A stretch of 64,000 nt of DNA from Halobacteriovoraceae bacterium (GTDB lineage Bacteria > Bdellovibrionota > Bacteriovoracia > Bacteriovoracales > Bacteriovoracaceae). The stretch is from NCBI GenBank assembly GCA_963719505.1, contig CAVRCF010000001.1, positions 992,001-1,056,000 on the forward strand, given 5' to 3'. The first letter of the stretch is position 1. Each line of letters begins with the position of its first letter. Position numbers and translations under genes: made by a program. This document shows, piece by piece, positions 8,567-18,332 of the stretch. The notes under the pieces are model-generated. The model did not search any database, was not told where the DNA came from, and saw only the letters and a program-made list of their open reading frames with translations.

Positions 8567-10570
8567 ATGTTAACCTTAAAGAAAGCCATAAGAGTTTATC
8601 TTGTGCTCATTGTTTTATTCTTTGTTTATCGAGTTGTATTTACTGCGTACTTTGGTGGAATGCAGTTTATCGAGCAGAACTCTAGTGAACTTTTTGAAGC
8701 TTTTATCATGGGATTTCGTTATGATTCTTTAGTGGCTTGTTATGGGCTTATTCCCTTTTTTCTCTTAAGTCTCTTAAAATTCTTAGCACCTTTTAAATTT
8801 TTAAAAAAGTTTGTTGAAAAAATCAATCTCACATACCTTGTCTTCTTTACACTGCTTATTACCATTTTGCTTATTGCCGATTTAGGTTTCTACTCCTATT
8901 TTCAAGATCATCTTAATATTTTGGCTTTTGGATTTTTTGAAGACGATACCATGGCCCTTTTAGAGACGATGAGAAAAAACTATCCGCTGGTTCCGGGGCT
9001 TTTTGGTCTGGCAGTTTTTCTTGTCTTTCTCTTTTATCTTTTTGGTAAAATTTTAAAAAAGACTCAGGTCAAAAGAAGAAATATCTTTTCAAAAATGCTT
9101 ATCACTCTTTTCGCTTTTGTTCTTTTTGTTGGTGGGATAAGAGGTGGTTATGGTGTGCTCGTTTTATCACCTAAGTACTCAGACTTCTCAACCGTTCAAC
9201 TTGTGAATGATATTTCTCTTAACGGCGTTGTAACCTTTGAAAAAGCCTATAAGCTTAGAAAAACTCGCTCGTCATTGGAATTCAATATGGCCCAAGCTAT
9301 GGGCTATGGAGAGGATGTTCATAAAGCCTTTTCTGACTATCTTGGGTTAGATGTGAGTTCTACTAGTCGAGATCAACTTGTGAAACTTGTTGAGAGAAAA
9401 ACTCCTATCAACCCAGAAGCGGCAAAACTGAGACCCCATGTTATAGTCCTATTGATGGAGAGTTTTGGCTCTCACTGGATGCAGTTTAACAGCGAGAACT
9501 TTAATTTTTTAGGTGAGCTTCAAACTCATTTTAATGACGATATATTCTTTAATAAAATCATCTCAGGTGATAATGGAACCATCGGCTCCCTAATGGTTTT
9601 ATCAACAAATATTCCTCATCGAAATGGTGCAAGGTTTATCTCTGAGAGTCGTTATATGCGGTTGCCGCTAAAAACATCCGCTCATATTCCCTATACAAAA
9701 GAAGGCTATGATACAAATTTTCTCTACGGAGGAAAGCTGTCTTGGCGCGATATTGGACGCTTTTTTGAGGCTCAAGGCTATACAAATGTGGAAGGAGAGT
9801 CTCACATTAAAGAGAGTCTCAATCTTACTGATCGACAAGGCACTGAGTGGGGCTTGTACGATGAACATTTCTTTAGTCATATTTATAAGAAATTAGAGAC
9901 TTCAAAAAAACCTCAGTTTCTTGTTGGTCTTTCTACGACTAATCATCCGCCCTTTGAAGTACCAAGCTCGTTTAGTGCTCCGGTACTTTCTCTACCAGAT
10001 AAGTTAAAAAATAAAATTAGTAGAGAAGAAGATCTTTTTATGGAAAGGTTTAAAGCTTTTCAATATTCTAATTATAAACTTGCTGAATTTATTAAAAAGG
10101 TAAAGAGTTCTAAGTTAGGTAAGAATACGATTATTGTTGTTACGGGAGATCACAATTTTTGGGGTTTCATGAACTACACAAATAAAGAGAGTTATTCCAA
10201 ATTCAGAGTTCCACTTTATTTTTATATTCCAGAAAGTATAGCGCCAAAGAAATTTGATAAAAGTATTGTTGGTGGGCATGAAGATATTATGACGACTCTC
10301 TACAATATTAGTCTTTCAAACAAAGCTTTCTACTCTTTTGGGGATGACCTTTTTAATAGTCAAAATTCAAATGCCCTTGGGGGAAGTATTTATGCTGGAG
10401 AGTTCGGTGGCTTTTACAAAGGAAAAAAGTTTGTCTTTGATGACATGGATACTGACTTCTCGCCAAACGCAACAGTTCTGCTTGAACAGTTAAAAACCCA
10501 GTATCGATCGACTCTAACTGTTTCAGATTATTTTTTGCGCTCAGAATACGAAAATAATAAGTCAAAATGA
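8567..10570 (+). CDS. LTA synthase-like membrane sulfatase / phosphoglycerol transferase
   Basis: About 5 N-terminal TM helices; VIVLLMESF, TTNHPPF and TGDH alkaline-phosphatase-superfamily motifs. Confidence 0.88.
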   Translation: MLTLKKAIRVYLVLIVLFFVYRVVFTAYFGGMQFIEQNSSELFEAFIMGFRYDSLVACYGLIPFFLLSLLKFLAPFKFLKKFVEKINLTYLVFFTLLITILLIADLGFYSYFQDHLNILAFGFFEDDTMALLETMRKNYPLVPGLFGLAVFLVFLFYLFGKILKKTQVKRRNIFSKMLITLFAFVLFVGGIRGGYGVLVLSPKYSDFSTVQLVNDISLNGVVTFEKAYKLRKTRSSLEFNMAQAMGYGEDVHKAFSDYLGLDVSSTSRDQLVKLVERKTPINPEAAKLRPHVIVLLMESFGSHWMQFNSENFNFLGELQTHFNDDIFFNKIISGDNGTIGSLMVLSTNIPHRNGARFISESRYMRLPLKTSAHIPYTKEGYDTNFLYGGKLSWRDIGRFFEAQGYTNVEGESHIKESLNLTDRQGTEWGLYDEHFFSHIYKKLETSKKPQFLVGLSTTNHPPFEVPSSFSAPVLSLPDKLKNKISREEDLFMERFKAFQYSNYKLAEFIKKVKSSKLGKNTIIVVTGDHNFWGFMNYTNKESYSKFRVPLYFYIPESIAPKKFDKSIVGGHEDIMTTLYNISLSNKAFYSFGDDLFNSQNSNALGGSIYAGEFGGFYKGKKFVFDDMDTDFSPNATVLLEQLKTQYRSTLTVSDYFLRSEYENNKSK

Positions 10571-10581
10571 TTCAGAGAAGA

Positions 10582-12057
10582 CTAGGGAGTGCCCCATTTA
10601 TTTTTTAAATAAGTCTTTAGCTGGTTGAGCTCTGGTGATGTGAGTTCTCTGTCAAAAACGAGAAACTCCGCGATGTATCCATTGAGCTGGTCTCCACTTG
10701 TTGAGTCATCTCCTAAGACATAAGCTCCACTTCCAGTAAAGGCAGTTGATTGGCCACTATTCCAATTTGGTCGATTCGTGTAAATTGTTTGATTGTTTTC
10801 ATACATATCAGTATGAGTACCATTGTCATAGGCATGCCAAAGATTAAAACTAGTATCATCGAGGTTAAAGTTTGTATTCGCCTCGTTCATGCCGTAATTA
10901 AAAAAGAATCCTCTTCGCGTTACTGTCTTGGAATAAAACTCAAAAAAGCATTCTCTGGTATTATTGGAGTCCATTTTTCCAACAAGTATAACGGTAAGCC
11001 CTCCGTTATTAATTCTATTGAAAGTACCCTCAAGACCTTTAGTGTGATTGTCGAATCTGACAGCGGGAAGACCATTAAAAACATTTGTTTCATAGGTCGG
11101 TTGATTAGTCGTATTGTCCTCTGTTGCATCTCCAGCAACTCCTGTTAAGTCTGACCAACTAGAAATTTTATCTCCATGTTGAGGCTCTGTGCCACCATTT
11201 GAGATATCAGTGGCACTAAGCCAAGCTATTGGATCGAGAGAGGAAATATCAAAAATACTTGTTTGTGAAACTTCTGAATATTTACCGAGAAGACCATTGT
11301 TTGCGGCAACTCTAAATTCATAGGTTACTCCGCTTGTCAGCCCTGTTATTCGAGTAGAATTCGATGTCGGGTTAACTCCGTTGTTTATCCATGTCTCTGT
11401 TCCTTGCTCTCTATATTGGACAGAGTAATTCGTTATGCTTGTTCCGTTATCATTGGGAGTAGACCAGGCGACACTTAAATCACTATTACTTGTAGTAGGA
11501 GCTGTCGTGACTCCTGTTACTTGATCTGGAGCTATCACTCCAGACGTTGTATCCACGAGCACAGAGTTCAAAGAAATTGTTAGTGAACTAAAGCTTGGAG
11601 AGATATTTGAGTCGTCAGACACCTTTGTGAGTTCACCTCCATTTAAGTCCACTGAGTCGGTATTCAATTCAATACCATCAGTATCTAGAAGACCGGATTC
11701 TACAATATAGAGGAACTCTACACCCCTTGTCCCACTACCTGTTTTATACTGAGCGTACTTTGTAGTTTCTCCAATATTGAGAGAAAGTCTCGAACTGGAG
11801 CTTATGTTTACCTCTTCTAAAAAATTAATTTGAAAAAGAATTTCTCCGCCTTCTCCATAAGTTGCACTAGCTGGCTGTATAAAAGAAGTGATAAGGTTTT
11901 CCAAACTTGTTTCGGAACTTGTCTCATCTTGATTTTCCTGAAAGAGTGATTCATCTTCTTCGGGCTTTTGGGCACACGAAAGAGAAATTAGCAAAAGAGC
12001 TAAAATTACGAATACTTTTTTTAAATAGAGTTGGTTTAAAAGTTTTATTTTCACCAT
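10582..12057 (-). CDS. Surface lipoprotein with Ig-like, fibronectin type III and LamG/concanavalin-like domains
   Basis: Lipobox-like LISLSC; YKTGSGT..F.Y.V..G..D.DGI Ig-type repeat; FN3 (W..P.DNG..IT.Y.VQY, L..G.TYEFRVAA.N); LamG-like (W.D..G, F.G.IAE.LVFDR.L, YL..KWG). Confidence 0.8.
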   Translation of the reverse strand: MVKIKLLNQLYLKKVFVILALLLISLSCAQKPEEDESLFQENQDETSSETSLENLITSFIQPASATYGEGGEILFQINFLEEVNISSSSRLSLNIGETTKYAQYKTGSGTRGVEFLYIVESGLLDTDGIELNTDSVDLNGGELTKVSDDSNISPSFSSLTISLNSVLVDTTSGVIAPDQVTGVTTAPTTSNSDLSVAWSTPNDNGTSITNYSVQYREQGTETWINNGVNPTSNSTRITGLTSGVTYEFRVAANNGLLGKYSEVSQTSIFDISSLDPIAWLSATDISNGGTEPQHGDKISSWSDLTGVAGDATEDNTTNQPTYETNVFNGLPAVRFDNHTKGLEGTFNRINNGGLTVILVGKMDSNNTRECFFEFYSKTVTRRGFFFNYGMNEANTNFNLDDTSFNLWHAYDNGTHTDMYENNQTIYTNRPNWNSGQSTAFTGSGAYVLGDDSTSGDQLNGYIAEFLVFDRELTSPELNQLKTYLKNKWGTP

Positions 12058-12442
12058 GCCTTTCTTTATCGGTAAAGGGAGGTAACTTACTTAATTTAAA
12101 CGCCATTTGTTGGAAACGAGAAAAAGTCATTGTCTTAGGGATTCACTCAAGCTTAAGCGATGAGTAAGATTGCTTAGCAGCTCGTAGCTGAGATTTACGA
12201 CCTTAGATGAAAACGACTCACTAAAATTGGTACTGCTCTTGTTGGAGGCAAACTTTGGACATAGTCCTAGGTAAACTGGCCAAACTTATTGATAGCCTCA
12301 AAAAATAGCCAACTTTAAGTCCAATTCTCTCCCCATTATTTCTTTAAGTGCCCGATATTACAAATGAATATCTTGCCCAAGCTATATAAATACTCGAAAT
12401 AAGCTAAAATTAAAGTATTAAGATTAACTAAAGAGAGAAATT

Positions 12443-15400
12443 ATGAAAAATCTATTTTTATTGAGTTTTGTTTTGATGTCTAGCTTGGCCTTTAGTCAGC
12501 AAGCCCAATTTCCAAGTGACTTGGATAATGATTCAAATCAAAAAGCACTTGTAAAAAACATGATTGATGATACGACAGCCGGAAAGTATAAGGCTGAGGA
12601 TGTTGCTCTTGAGCTGGTAAACCTTGCGGACTCTCTTTACTCAAATGGAGTTTCAAAACTTGAAACCTTTAATCTTTTAAGTTGTAAAGTTAAAGAGCTT
12701 ATCAATATTGATAAAGTCATGGAGGCGATGAGTCCTGCAAACAGATATATTTGTGGCAAAAACTTTTTTGTAAAGTTTCAAGAATCATCTTGTAATGATA
12801 GTCTTACTTTTGACGATTATTTTCCATTAACTGGAGCACCAGTAAACGTCTTTCAATTGAAGTATCAGTGTGCTGGAAAATTAGAAACGCCAGGGAGTAT
12901 AGTCCATAACCCTTACAACGGTGATGGTGCAAAACAGTTCTCCTATATGATGTACCTGAGTTATGTAAAGAAGCTTGTTAATGAAGTAAAAAATAATAGA
13001 GAAAGCTTAGTGCCAGAGTATGCTTTGGCGACGACAAAACAATGTCAATCGGGGCTTTTAAGATTGCCTTTTGCTCGGTTTGAAGCAACGAACTCTTGTG
13101 AGATGTCTGGGAAGTCTTGTTCAAAGCACGAGGACTGTTGTTCTAGTCACTGCTTAAAGACAGATGATCTCTCTAGTGGTATTTGCTCCCAAGAGGTCGC
13201 TTGCTATAGACTTTTAAGTGACGGAGAATCTTGTGGAGAGCTTCCAAATAATAAATATAACCCTTACTGCGATAATAAACAAATTAGGCATGCCATCAAT
13301 CCTACAAGTAACCCCGCTCCCGCTCCCGGAGAGAAAGTAACGACCTGTACAGAGACAAACTTTAACACCTCTGAAATAGGAGAGTGCACCAATGTTGGTG
13401 CTACTCCAACAGGTAATAAGCCATGTTGCTCAGATAAAATTGGTGCTGGAGGGAAGTGTGTCGATAATTTCACCTGTGATATTTGTTACAAAGATGGCGA
13501 GGTTCCGGAAAATAACAAGGGATGTTGTCCAGGCTATTATAAATCTTTGAGCGGTAAGTGTATTCAAGACTTTCCACCACTAGTGCCAACAACTAAAGTT
13601 AAGAAAAATATTTTTCAAAATATACTTAATATCATTCTTCCAAGTGCGCACGCTCAAGATCAAGATTCATCATCGCTCACCTCTGAAGAGAGAGCTGCTT
13701 TCGATGAAAGAAGAACTCAATGTTTGACCTCATACCCAGGTGATGATGACAGTGAAGATAGATCAACTTGTTTATCCAATGTGAGTAAGGAAGAGTCGGC
13801 GCTTATATCACAAAGACTTAATGACCCAAACTCTAATCCAAATCTTATGAGTAGAGCAGAGTACAAAAAGAAATTTAATCGAGCTGTCATTATTGAAAAG
13901 AAGAGTTCTGATTTTGAAAAATGTGAGTTCCATTCTTTTAATGATAACTGGAATTCTGGATCTGATACTTATAGAAATGCTGAAATCGTTTTAAGGGGGT
14001 TCGAGTACCTTTACTCTGGTAAGGGAACTGTTGATTACTGGATCGATGACCGAGGAAAAAGTATTTACGAAAGAGCGCAAGCAATTGCTCTTCAGCTGCG
14101 TCAAAATAGAAGACTTCTTATTGATCGATATAGAGAAATAGATGAGCAAATGACAGCCGAATGTAAAGAGTATTTCACACAAGCAAAGTGGAAAGATGAA
14201 AATGGAGCTGACACTTCTTCAGGTGATAAAAGAGAAAAAAATGAAGATATAGATAAGGGAGCTTCAGGTATTAAGCATACTCAAATGATGGTTAAGTTTT
14301 TGAGGTTGCGCTCTGAAGCTCAGATGCAGCACTTTACGAACAACTCCCAAGGTGAGGCACAAATGACTGAGCTGAGTGACTATATCAGCGGAAATCAATG
14401 GGAGCAGTCTTGGTCACAAGAAGTTAAGCTTTACGATTTTACTGTAAAAAAACCACGTGGTTGGCTTGTTGTCGTTTTGATTATTATTGCCGTTGCTGCG
14501 ATTGTCGCATTAACCTTTTTTACTGCCGGTCTTGGTACTCTTGCAGTTGCAGCTATTGCAACGGCAGGTGGTCTTTCTGTGGTGGGAGTTTTGGTCGCAA
14601 CGATTGGACCATCAGTTAAGATGGGATTAGAAAATTATACAGCTGAAGTTGTTGCTAAGTCGATGTATCAGGATACTCCAAGAGAGATTAAAGATATAAA
14701 AGGACCTTGGGAAGGAAGTGGCCTTTTCAAAAAGAAACAAAGAATTAAAAGATGGTACCTAGGTCCCTACTTTAGAACGGGTGATTCTCGCTCGTTAATG
14801 AGTAGTGGAGTCAACGGGCTTGGAGGAAATCCACAGTGTGAGACTCGTTCAAGTTCAAGGCTATGTGTTAAAAATGTTCACATGACTTCGTACGATGAAC
14901 AATTAAGATTTCTTCTGGATGTAAAGACTCCAGTATTTTTATCAGATAATGTTTATGAGAAAGATTCAGGTCTTTTGAAAATGATTAGAGATGGTCATTC
15001 AAGAGGGATGCAGAAACTTATTGCGACTAATCCCGGAACTACAAGACAAAAATTTCTTGAAAGAGACCTTTTAGCTGAGGGGGATATTGCAATCTCTTTC
15101 CTTCCAAAGTTTGGAAAATGGCTACCTAAATTAACGGTTCAGCAAATGAAGGATAAAGTTATTGAAGCGGCTGCAAAGTATGCAAAATGTGAAAAGCTCT
15201 CTGAATGTGGAGCTTCAAATGCTTCCGATGGAGACTATGGATTTGGACTTCTTATTTCAAATGATGAGGATGCAAGAGAGTTTGGTGACTATTTTTATCA
15301 ACATCACTTTCTTTGGCCTTCGCTTTCTTCATCTGGGACAATTGGATATCCTTCTATGGCCCAAGCTTCTTATTTTGAAACGGTCTCTTATTATTTAAAA

Positions 15401-16315
15401 ATTGTAGGATCACTAGCTGCTTCAAAAAGTTTAGACTTTGGTAACCTTGCTGATAAATATCAAAGTCATCTCGATGACTTAGAAGGTGAGTATGATCAAG
15501 GTAGTGGAGCTTATCAGGGAAGAGGAAGTTCAAATGTCGCTTACTCATCGGAGTTTAGAGCAAAATTTGGCTTGCTAGACTTTAATACTGGAGCTGGTGC
15601 AGATCAATTCGTAGGAGAGGGGGGAATACCTAAAATTCCAAAAGGATTCAGTTCCGCCGAATCAACCGCTTTTGCAGCTGGTGTAAATAAGGCGTTAAGA
15701 GCAAAGAAACAAAAAGAGAAAGCTGACCATTATGAGAAAACTGTTGGTCAAACGAAGAGAGGAAAACTTAAAAAGTCTGCTCAAGGAAGCTTTATGCAGT
15801 CTTTTGGTAAACCGGTGGATAGAATGTCGGCGTCTTTAAGACAAGGTCTCGACTCCTCTTCAACTAGTGCTGCTCAAGGTGAAGGAGCAAAGGGTAATAA
15901 GGAAAGCTCAGCTACAACAGCAAGTTCTTTGACACCTCCTAACTTTGCAAGCTATCAGCAGCCACAGATACCAAGCTATAATAGTTCTAGCTATTCAAGG
16001 TCTAATCAGTCTTCGAGTGGACAAAATTCAGCTAGTGGACAAGCCTCTACTGGAACTGGGCAAAGTGACGCGGCTAAAAATAAAATGTTACTGGATAGTG
16101 CAGATAAAATCTCTAGAGAGTTAAAAAGAGATGATAGTGATAGTTTATTTAAAATTGTAACGAAAGCTTACTTTCGAAATTTAGACTTAATCTTAGAGAG
16201 GACAACAAGTGCCAAGGCTAAGGTTGATAGTAAAAAAGTTCTCGAGTTTAAAGCGAAAGAGGACGAAATTTCGAATGACAAAAAAAATGAATTAAAGAAG
16301 CTACTTAATGAATAA
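12443..16315 (+). CDS. Giant exported cysteine-rich protein with a long hydrophobic hairpin and Ser/Gly/Gln-rich C-terminal linker
   Basis: 1290-aa ORF; signal peptide ending SLAFS; Cys/CC-rich block; about 50-aa hydrophobic stretch; no family recognised. Confidence 0.85.
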   Translation: MKNLFLLSFVLMSSLAFSQQAQFPSDLDNDSNQKALVKNMIDDTTAGKYKAEDVALELVNLADSLYSNGVSKLETFNLLSCKVKELINIDKVMEAMSPANRYICGKNFFVKFQESSCNDSLTFDDYFPLTGAPVNVFQLKYQCAGKLETPGSIVHNPYNGDGAKQFSYMMYLSYVKKLVNEVKNNRESLVPEYALATTKQCQSGLLRLPFARFEATNSCEMSGKSCSKHEDCCSSHCLKTDDLSSGICSQEVACYRLLSDGESCGELPNNKYNPYCDNKQIRHAINPTSNPAPAPGEKVTTCTETNFNTSEIGECTNVGATPTGNKPCCSDKIGAGGKCVDNFTCDICYKDGEVPENNKGCCPGYYKSLSGKCIQDFPPLVPTTKVKKNIFQNILNIILPSAHAQDQDSSSLTSEERAAFDERRTQCLTSYPGDDDSEDRSTCLSNVSKEESALISQRLNDPNSNPNLMSRAEYKKKFNRAVIIEKKSSDFEKCEFHSFNDNWNSGSDTYRNAEIVLRGFEYLYSGKGTVDYWIDDRGKSIYERAQAIALQLRQNRRLLIDRYREIDEQMTAECKEYFTQAKWKDENGADTSSGDKREKNEDIDKGASGIKHTQMMVKFLRLRSEAQMQHFTNNSQGEAQMTELSDYISGNQWEQSWSQEVKLYDFTVKKPRGWLVVVLIIIAVAAIVALTFFTAGLGTLAVAAIATAGGLSVVGVLVATIGPSVKMGLENYTAEVVAKSMYQDTPREIKDIKGPWEGSGLFKKKQRIKRWYLGPYFRTGDSRSLMSSGVNGLGGNPQCETRSSSRLCVKNVHMTSYDEQLRFLLDVKTPVFLSDNVYEKDSGLLKMIRDGHSRGMQKLIATNPGTTRQKFLERDLLAEGDIAISFLPKFGKWLPKLTVQQMKDKVIEAAAKYAKCEKLSECGASNASDGDYGFGLLISNDEDAREFGDYFYQHHFLWPSLSSSGTIGYPSMAQASYFETVSYYLKIVGSLAASKSLDFGNLADKYQSHLDDLEGEYDQGSGAYQGRGSSNVAYSSEFRAKFGLLDFNTGAGADQFVGEGGIPKIPKGFSSAESTAFAAGVNKALRAKKQKEKADHYEKTVGQTKRGKLKKSAQGSFMQSFGKPVDRMSASLRQGLDSSSTSAAQGEGAKGNKESSATTASSLTPPNFASYQQPQIPSYNSSSYSRSNQSSSGQNSASGQASTGTGQSDAAKNKMLLDSADKISRELKRDDSDSLFKIVTKAYFRNLDLILERTTSAKAKVDSKKVLEFKAKEDEISNDKKNELKKLLNE

Positions 16316-17284
16316 TGCTTTATTTATTAAGGAATGATCAGCTAGAACAATTTTAATCATCGATTCTATAACGGGCACGACTCTTGGTAAAATACAGGGG
16401 TCGTGTCTTCCTTCTTTGGCATTGTCTCCAACGGTGGACGGTGCTTTAAAAATCAATGAGAGATGAATATCATCTCCATTTGAAATGCCACCTTCAACTC
16501 CACCAAAGACGCTTTTATCTTTAGATATTTCCGATCCGAGAGCGGACTTAAAAGACTCACCAATTCCAAAACTAATTCCCATGCAGCTGCCAATACTCAT
16601 AAGTCCGTGAGAGAGAGTTGCTTTTAATTTATCAAAACATGGGTCTCCTAGCCCTTTGGGAACATTGGTAACCCTAACTTTGACCTCTCCACCACAGGAT
16701 TGTCCCGTTTTTTTGAGCTCAAGAAGATATTTAGAGATTTTACTATCAAGCAACTGATCACCTAGGCTTAAAGATGAGTTAGAGTCATAGTTTAGTCCTG
16801 TTTGGTGGGGACCTAGTTGTGTGATAATGGCATTTACTTTTACGTTTGGAATAATGAGTTGAGCAAAGTAGCCAGCAACTACGCGAGAGACAGTTTCTCG
16901 TCCAGATGCTCGTCCGCCTCCGCGATGATCTCGAATGCCATATTTATCGAGAGTTGTTTGGTCAGCGTGCCCAGGTCTTGGTTTTGATTTTAAAGTCGCG
17001 TAGTCTTTTGATCTTTGATTTGAATTTTCTATGGTAACGCAAATTGGAGTTCCCAAGGTTTTGTTTTCAAAGATTCCCGATAAGACGATGGCTTTATCTT
17101 TTTCATCTCTGGAAGTTGATTCCTTTAGGCGACCGGGACGTCTCCTGTCCAATTCACCTTGCAGGCTTTCTAGATCAAAATTAAGGTTTGAGGGGATACC
17201 ATCAATAACGACACCCATGGCGGGTCCATGAGATTCACCAAAAGTTGTGACTTTAAATAGTTTGCCAATCGTACTTCCGCTCAT
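16301..17284 (-). CDS. aroC: Chorismate synthase
   Basis: TTFGESHG, RRRPG, RPGHAD, RGGGRASGRET, GGISNG, GRHDPC. Confidence 0.97.
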   Translation of the reverse strand: MSGSTIGKLFKVTTFGESHGPAMGVVIDGIPSNLNFDLESLQGELDRRRPGRLKESTSRDEKDKAIVLSGIFENKTLGTPICVTIENSNQRSKDYATLKSKPRPGHADQTTLDKYGIRDHRGGGRASGRETVSRVVAGYFAQLIIPNVKVNAIITQLGPHQTGLNYDSNSSLSLGDQLLDSKISKYLLELKKTGQSCGGEVKVRVTNVPKGLGDPCFDKLKATLSHGLMSIGSCMGISFGIGESFKSALGSEISKDKSVFGGVEGGISNGDDIHLSLIFKAPSTVGDNAKEGRHDPCILPRVVPVIESMIKIVLADHSLINKALFIK

Positions 17285-17294
17285 CGTGTCCTCT

Positions 17295-18332
17295 CTAAAG
17301 TTCGTCTAATGCGTGAATTAAGGATAGATCAATTGAAAAATTAACCTTCTTCCCATGTGGATATCTCATTTTTTTATCAGTATAAAGCCAAATCTTTTGC
17401 TCTCCAGCAACTTCAAGTTGGGTTAAAAAGTGTCCCCCTTGATATATCTGCCTGTGGACTTTTCCTTTAAATCTACCAGAGTCGTCAATTTTTATATTCT
17501 CTGGCTTTATCAGTAGAATAAGATCTTTATGATCTTTGACATTGAAGTCTTTGGGTTTTGGTATTGTTATATCTCTGGAAAAAAGCTTCGTTTGTAGCTC
17601 TTTGTCACTACTGTCCAAAACTTTTGTCACCAGTGTGTTGGTTCGTCCCATAAATTGTGCCGTAAACAGATTTTTGGGTTTTTCATAAACTTCCTCACAA
17701 GGGCCTTCTTGCATGACCTTACCGTGATTAAGAACAATAATGCGGCTTGAAAAAGCCAGAGCTTCACTTGTTTCATGAGTCACCCACAAAACACTAATCC
17801 CACTTTGTTTAAAGAGTTCGAAAAGTTCATTCATAAGATCGAATCGTAATTTTTCATCGAGGTGCCCAAAAGGCTCATCTAAAAGAATAATCGTTGGATT
17901 TTTAACCAAGGCTTTTGCAATAATAAGTCTCTGCTTTTGTCCCCCAGATATCTCATGTGTCTTAGAGTTGATCTCATTGGTGATATTTAGTAAAGCAAGT
18001 GTTGTTCGAGCTTGATTTTCTCTCTTCTCGTCATCAACTTCATTTGTTATTTCATCTTTTAGTATCTGTAAAACTGTTTTGTCTGCTGGAAGCTGTGTTA
18101 ATTGTGGGACGTAAGCTAAAACTTGCTCTCCATTAAATCTGATTTCTCCGTGTTGGGGGGAAAGTTTATTAGCGATGACAGAGAGTGCAGTAGACTTCCC
18201 CGAACCGGATGGGCCAATAAGAGAGACGCATTCACTTTTAAATAAAGAAAAATTTAAAGAGTCTATGCCTTTTACCGAACGAGCATCGTATTTGTAAGTT
18301 AAGTCTATGACTTCAAATAGCTTTTCTTTCAC
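17295..18332 (-). CDS. ABC transporter ATP-binding protein, PotA/FbpC-like with C-terminal TOBE region
   Basis: Walker A GPSGSGKST, ISGGQKQR, LLDEPF, VTHE. Confidence 0.92.
   Translation of the reverse strand: MKEKLFEVIDLTYKYDARSVKGIDSLNFSLFKSECVSLIGPSGSGKSTALSVIANKLSPQHGEIRFNGEQVLAYVPQLTQLPADKTVLQILKDEITNEVDDEKRENQARTTLALLNITNEINSKTHEISGGQKQRLIIAKALVKNPTIILLDEPFGHLDEKLRFDLMNELFELFKQSGISVLWVTHETSEALAFSSRIIVLNHGKVMQEGPCEEVYEKPKNLFTAQFMGRTNTLVTKVLDSSDKELQTKLFSRDITIPKPKDFNVKDHKDLILLIKPENIKIDDSGRFKGKVHRQIYQGGHFLTQLEVAGEQKIWLYTDKKMRYPHGKKVNFSIDLSLIHALDEL

Noticed and set aside
12180-12300. GGCAAAC within a long intergenic region; possible c-di-GMP-I (GEMM) riboswitch
   Set aside because: No GNRA-capped P2 stem or GACGCAAAG element follows, and I could not build the fold.
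12345-12360. CCCGATAT as a sigma28 -10 for the 1290-aa gene
   Set aside because: No acceptable -35 at the expected spacing.
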